A DNA stretch of 63,652 bases, counting the filler, from Circinaria calcarea (lineage: Eukaryota), in assembly GCA_051942165.1 (NCBI GenBank). It is 32 parts of 32 records of this genome, joined end to end, with 100 filler letters (N's around TTAATTAATTAA, not from the genome) between each part and the next. Parts side by side here need not be neighbours in the genome. Positions count along the whole stretch, not along the records: positions 59,802 to 61,677 come from JAVECS010004135.1; positions 61,778 to 63,652 come from JAVECS010004136.1; 30 more parts are not named here. One strand, written 5' to 3'. Under the pieces are notes generated by a model. It saw only the letters and a program-made list of their open reading frames with translations. It did not search any database and was not told the origin of the DNA. The translations under genes and the position numbers were made by a program. Numbering within the stretch: the stretch's first letter is position 1; every line of letters begins with the position of its first letter. Of this stretch, positions 60,434 through 63,652 are shown one piece after another.

Positions 60434-61785
60434 AGCGTGTATCCCTACGGAGTTCTTTGCAAAACATAACTTCGGACGTACATGCGCATGTCTATTCGAA
60501 GGATAATCTACTAACCTCGTGTATAATCTCACAAAAATTGGGCAGATGCAAGGGGAGAGGTCCAAGTCGTGGTAAGGCTGAGCTCGCACGAACACGGAGG
60601 AGATCCCGGCCCGGATCGGACCTGGGAATAGCTTCTACACTCATGAAGGAGGGAAAAACATAGAATAGTTACCAAGGGTGGTCACCTTTCTCAAGTTCTT
60701 CAACAGCTGAATGCGACACAGTACATATCTTCGGCCAAAGGATCTCCTTCCGACTCGGGTCTCTCCCAAGGTCAGAATGCGATGCTGTACGAAGTAGCGC
60801 GTATGGTTCTTTCTTAGCCTCCCTTCCTTGACACTGTAAAGAGACTGCTGGCCTCGTACAGACTGCACATTCTTCTGTGCTTCCTATTACTGTTGGCTTT
60901 TCAGCTTATTCTACTAGTTGGGGAAGCTTGCGGCCTGCCATAGTAGGCCCAATACACCTACCTACACAAAGGCACCGGCAACATGGATCACTTGTCGCGG
61001 TGAATTCCTAACCACAGGAACACGCCCGGCGTCACTTACAGCTTTATGGGAGACTATATACCACATCATTATATAAAGTCCACTCATAAGTTGAAAAGCT
61101 GCTCAAAGGTCCATTCGTCTCTCTCCAGATCTTAAGAGCTTTCAGGTCAACTGGAGGCATTGAGAGCTGATAGGAACCGCCCGGTGTCATTGCTAAGGAA
61201 GCTCGGCTAGAAAACAGCAGGTGGCGATCGCATGGGTCCGCTCCCAGTCTCTATTGTCAAAAGAGACTAATATCCTAGGCCTATAGAATCGACAGCAGCG
61301 TCATAAGCACGTGGAGGCTCAGGGGGTGATACCTTTGAGTTAGCCAGATAGGAGGCACTCGCACGAGGAAAGGAATATACACGGTAACCCTTCGACCAAG
61401 CCACTCGATATCCGCCAATCCAAAGAATGTCCCACAGCTCTATTCTCGACAAACATTTACCCTCGATCCTTGACGCATATTCTTGCCCAGTGGCTTTATC
61501 GAATGCAGTTATTTTGACCGAGTCCTCGGCCCGAAACTCTCACCAGAGCTACCTATGGATGACCTGCGTTATGCAGGAGAGTGCGGTGAGTCTCTGGATG
61601 CCCGAAGCTGAGCAATTCTCTACCCACGCCCTTTCACTCTACACGTAACGTACTTCACCAGTGGCTGGTCTAAATCTNNNNNNNNNNNNNNNNNNNNNNN
61701 NNNNNNNNNNNNNNNNNNNNNTTAATTAATTAANNNNNNNNNNNNNNNNNNNNNNNNNNNNNNNNNNNNNNNNNNNNTCCCAACC

Positions 61786-62265
61786 ATGTCCTCCTCCTCC
61801 GTCCCCCCCTCCGACACCGAAACCGACCCAGGCTACCGCTCCCGCTCGCAATCCCGCCGCGCCCGCCGTCGCAAAGCCCAGCAAACCTCCTCCTCCTCGG
61901 CCTCGAATCCTTCACGGCAAAACCAAAAATCCCGTCCGCCCCCCATCGCCGAAGAACCCTCTCCCCAAACCCAAACCCAACCTCCAACCCAAACCGAGCC
62001 GGAAAGCTCCATGCAACCCTTCGAGCGCATCGGCCCCGACTCCACCTCCATGGACGGGCCCGTCACTTATGCCCGCGCCCAGAGAGGCGAGATCCCCCCG
62101 CGGCCCGGGAACCCGCAGCAAGGGCTCCAGACCGGTGGGAAGAAGGACGAGGGCAGCAAGATGATGGATCAGGACGGCTTGAAGTTGCGGCTGGAATTAA
62201 ACCTAGACATCGAGATTGAGCTGAAGGCGAGTATCCACGGGGATATCACGCTGGCGCTTTTGTGA
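61786..62265 (+). CDS. Conserved fungal hypothetical protein (LKLRLELNLDIEIELKA..HGD family)
   Basis: Disordered N-terminus plus C-terminal LKLRLELNLDIEIELKASIHGDITLALL. An intron donor sits at 62262. Confidence 0.7.
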   Translation: MSSSSVPPSDTETDPGYRSRSQSRRARRRKAQQTSSSSASNPSRQNQKSRPPPIAEEPSPQTQTQPPTQTEPESSMQPFERIGPDSTSMDGPVTYARAQRGEIPPRPGNPQQGLQTGGKKDEGSKMMDQDGLKLRLELNLDIEIELKASIHGDITLALL

Positions 62266-63120
62266 GTGGTTCCCCCTCCCCTTCTTTTTCCTTCTCTCTT
62301 TTGAATTATTTTCTGTTCCGGGAGCAGATGTGGGGCGGTGGGGTCCCGAGCGTGGAAAACTGGAGAAAAATGAGAGCTGAGGGTTGATGTTTCTAGGGCT
62401 TAGTTCGTGAGGAGCTGTCGCGGTTTTTTAAATCGTACCGGTTACGTGATTGGGGTGGGATGTGATGCTAGTTGGAAGGGAAGAGGAAGTGATAGGACGA
62501 TGGGTATAGCAAACATTCACAAAGAGCTTGGAAATTCATGTGTGTGTTTAGGGGGTCGTCAGTCGTCAGGAATGTCCATATCTAGCTAGCTAAAGCGACA
62601 GACAAGAGGAACTTGGGGCGGTAAGAGTTATAGCAAATTGCTCACAAAAAAAACGTTATCAGGCAATATCCCATATCCCATATCCCATATCTCGTCGGAT
62701 AAACAAGGGGGGCCTGTATGTTACTCCAACATAATATAATAGTCTCACAACTCTGTCAACTCACGATATTTACATATCTGAATACCCGGACAAATAAACA
62801 AAGCGGTTACGGTGGTCAAAAAAGTCTTTCGAACGTCTAAAAGGTCTCACATGTAGCCATGTAGGCCATGTAGCCATGTATTATTCTATTCTACATAGGT
62901 AGTCATCACAATGACAATGACAATGACCACAACCATACACCATCATCACCCCAACTCTCAGCCGCCGTTCTAAACTTCCCAAATTTTATTTTAAAGAAAG
63001 AAAAAAAAAGCGATCCGGAGTTTTTGAAAGGGAAAACCAAAGCGTTGGGAAAAAAAACTTCGGGAAAACTTTGTAGTTGAATACCCTTTGGTAGGTTATA
63101 TATATATATATAAAAAGGTA

Positions 63121-63652
63121 TTAGAATCGAACAACGAGCATCAAGCCGTATCCCAGGGTAACTACGACGACAAAAGTAATGATACTGCTCGGAATTCCCC
63201 TCGAGATGAAATGCTTCACTTGGAGGTAGCGCTGGCCCGTTTGCGGGTCTTCCATCATGATGGCGGCTAGGTTTGGACATTGTCAGCAATTGTATTCCCA
63301 ACAACCCTGGAACGTAGCAGTAATCCCGCTTCCTAAAGGGTAGCAAAGGAGACCAAGTGAGAGAAGCTTACTCATATTCGGAAATCCCGACGTGGGCAAC
63401 CCCATCGCGGCGCTACACATCAAAGCACTCCCCATAACCAACAGGTTAGGATGGGGATCCTTCATGCTCAAGCCTACCTGTTGCACCAACGGTAAGATAA
63501 TCAGGGCCGCAACGGTGTGACTGATGAATGTAGCCACGACAAGGATCAGGGCAGCAAACACCACGAGGACTCCATAGAGACTCATCCCATCGACCTTTGC
63601 GGTTATAGCATTGGCGATGGTGTGGAGCAGACCTGAAGAAGCGACTGATTTG
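63121..63652 (-). CDS. PHO91: Low-affinity phosphate transporter (Pho87/90/91 family), C-terminus
   Basis: ATFISHTVAALIILPL, SAAMGLPTSGFPNM/TAIMMED..GQRYL..KHFISRG. Stop at 63121-63123. Confidence 0.88.

Overview
This is not a continuous chromosome segment. It is 32 unrelated contigs of about 1.9 kb (1906 bp falling to 1875 bp, sorted by length) from a filamentous ascomycete (Pezizomycotina) assembly. They are joined by an artificial 100-nt spacer (44 N + TTAATTAATTAA + 44 N), so adjacency across spacers means nothing. Most contigs carry truncated intron-containing genes: MSH5, TRL1, ERG5, PRP45, phytochrome, SEC21, NDE-type NADH dehydrogenase, YND1, ELP4, RAD5, NNR2, HIR1, a PHO91-like transporter, MFS and PDR transporters, a rhomboid, two HET proteins, a Helo-like NLR N-terminus and a dynamin. 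The more interesting signals lie outside the ORF track: (i) a complete 679-bp non-autonomous Mutator element with ~150-bp TIRs, a 10-bp TSD and a decayed SWIM transposase remnant; (ii) a UstYa/DUF3328 RiPP oxidase with intact HXXHC motifs and splice sites but four in-frame TAG/TAA stops; (iii) an unidentified ~180-bp non-coding element shared by two contigs; (iv) a solo-LTR family with RIP-type CpA>TpA differences between copies; (v) several RIP-like decayed ORFs, including a paralogous pair; (vi) a hairpin/MITE. I cannot support a claim of a complete new multi-gene system from this window.
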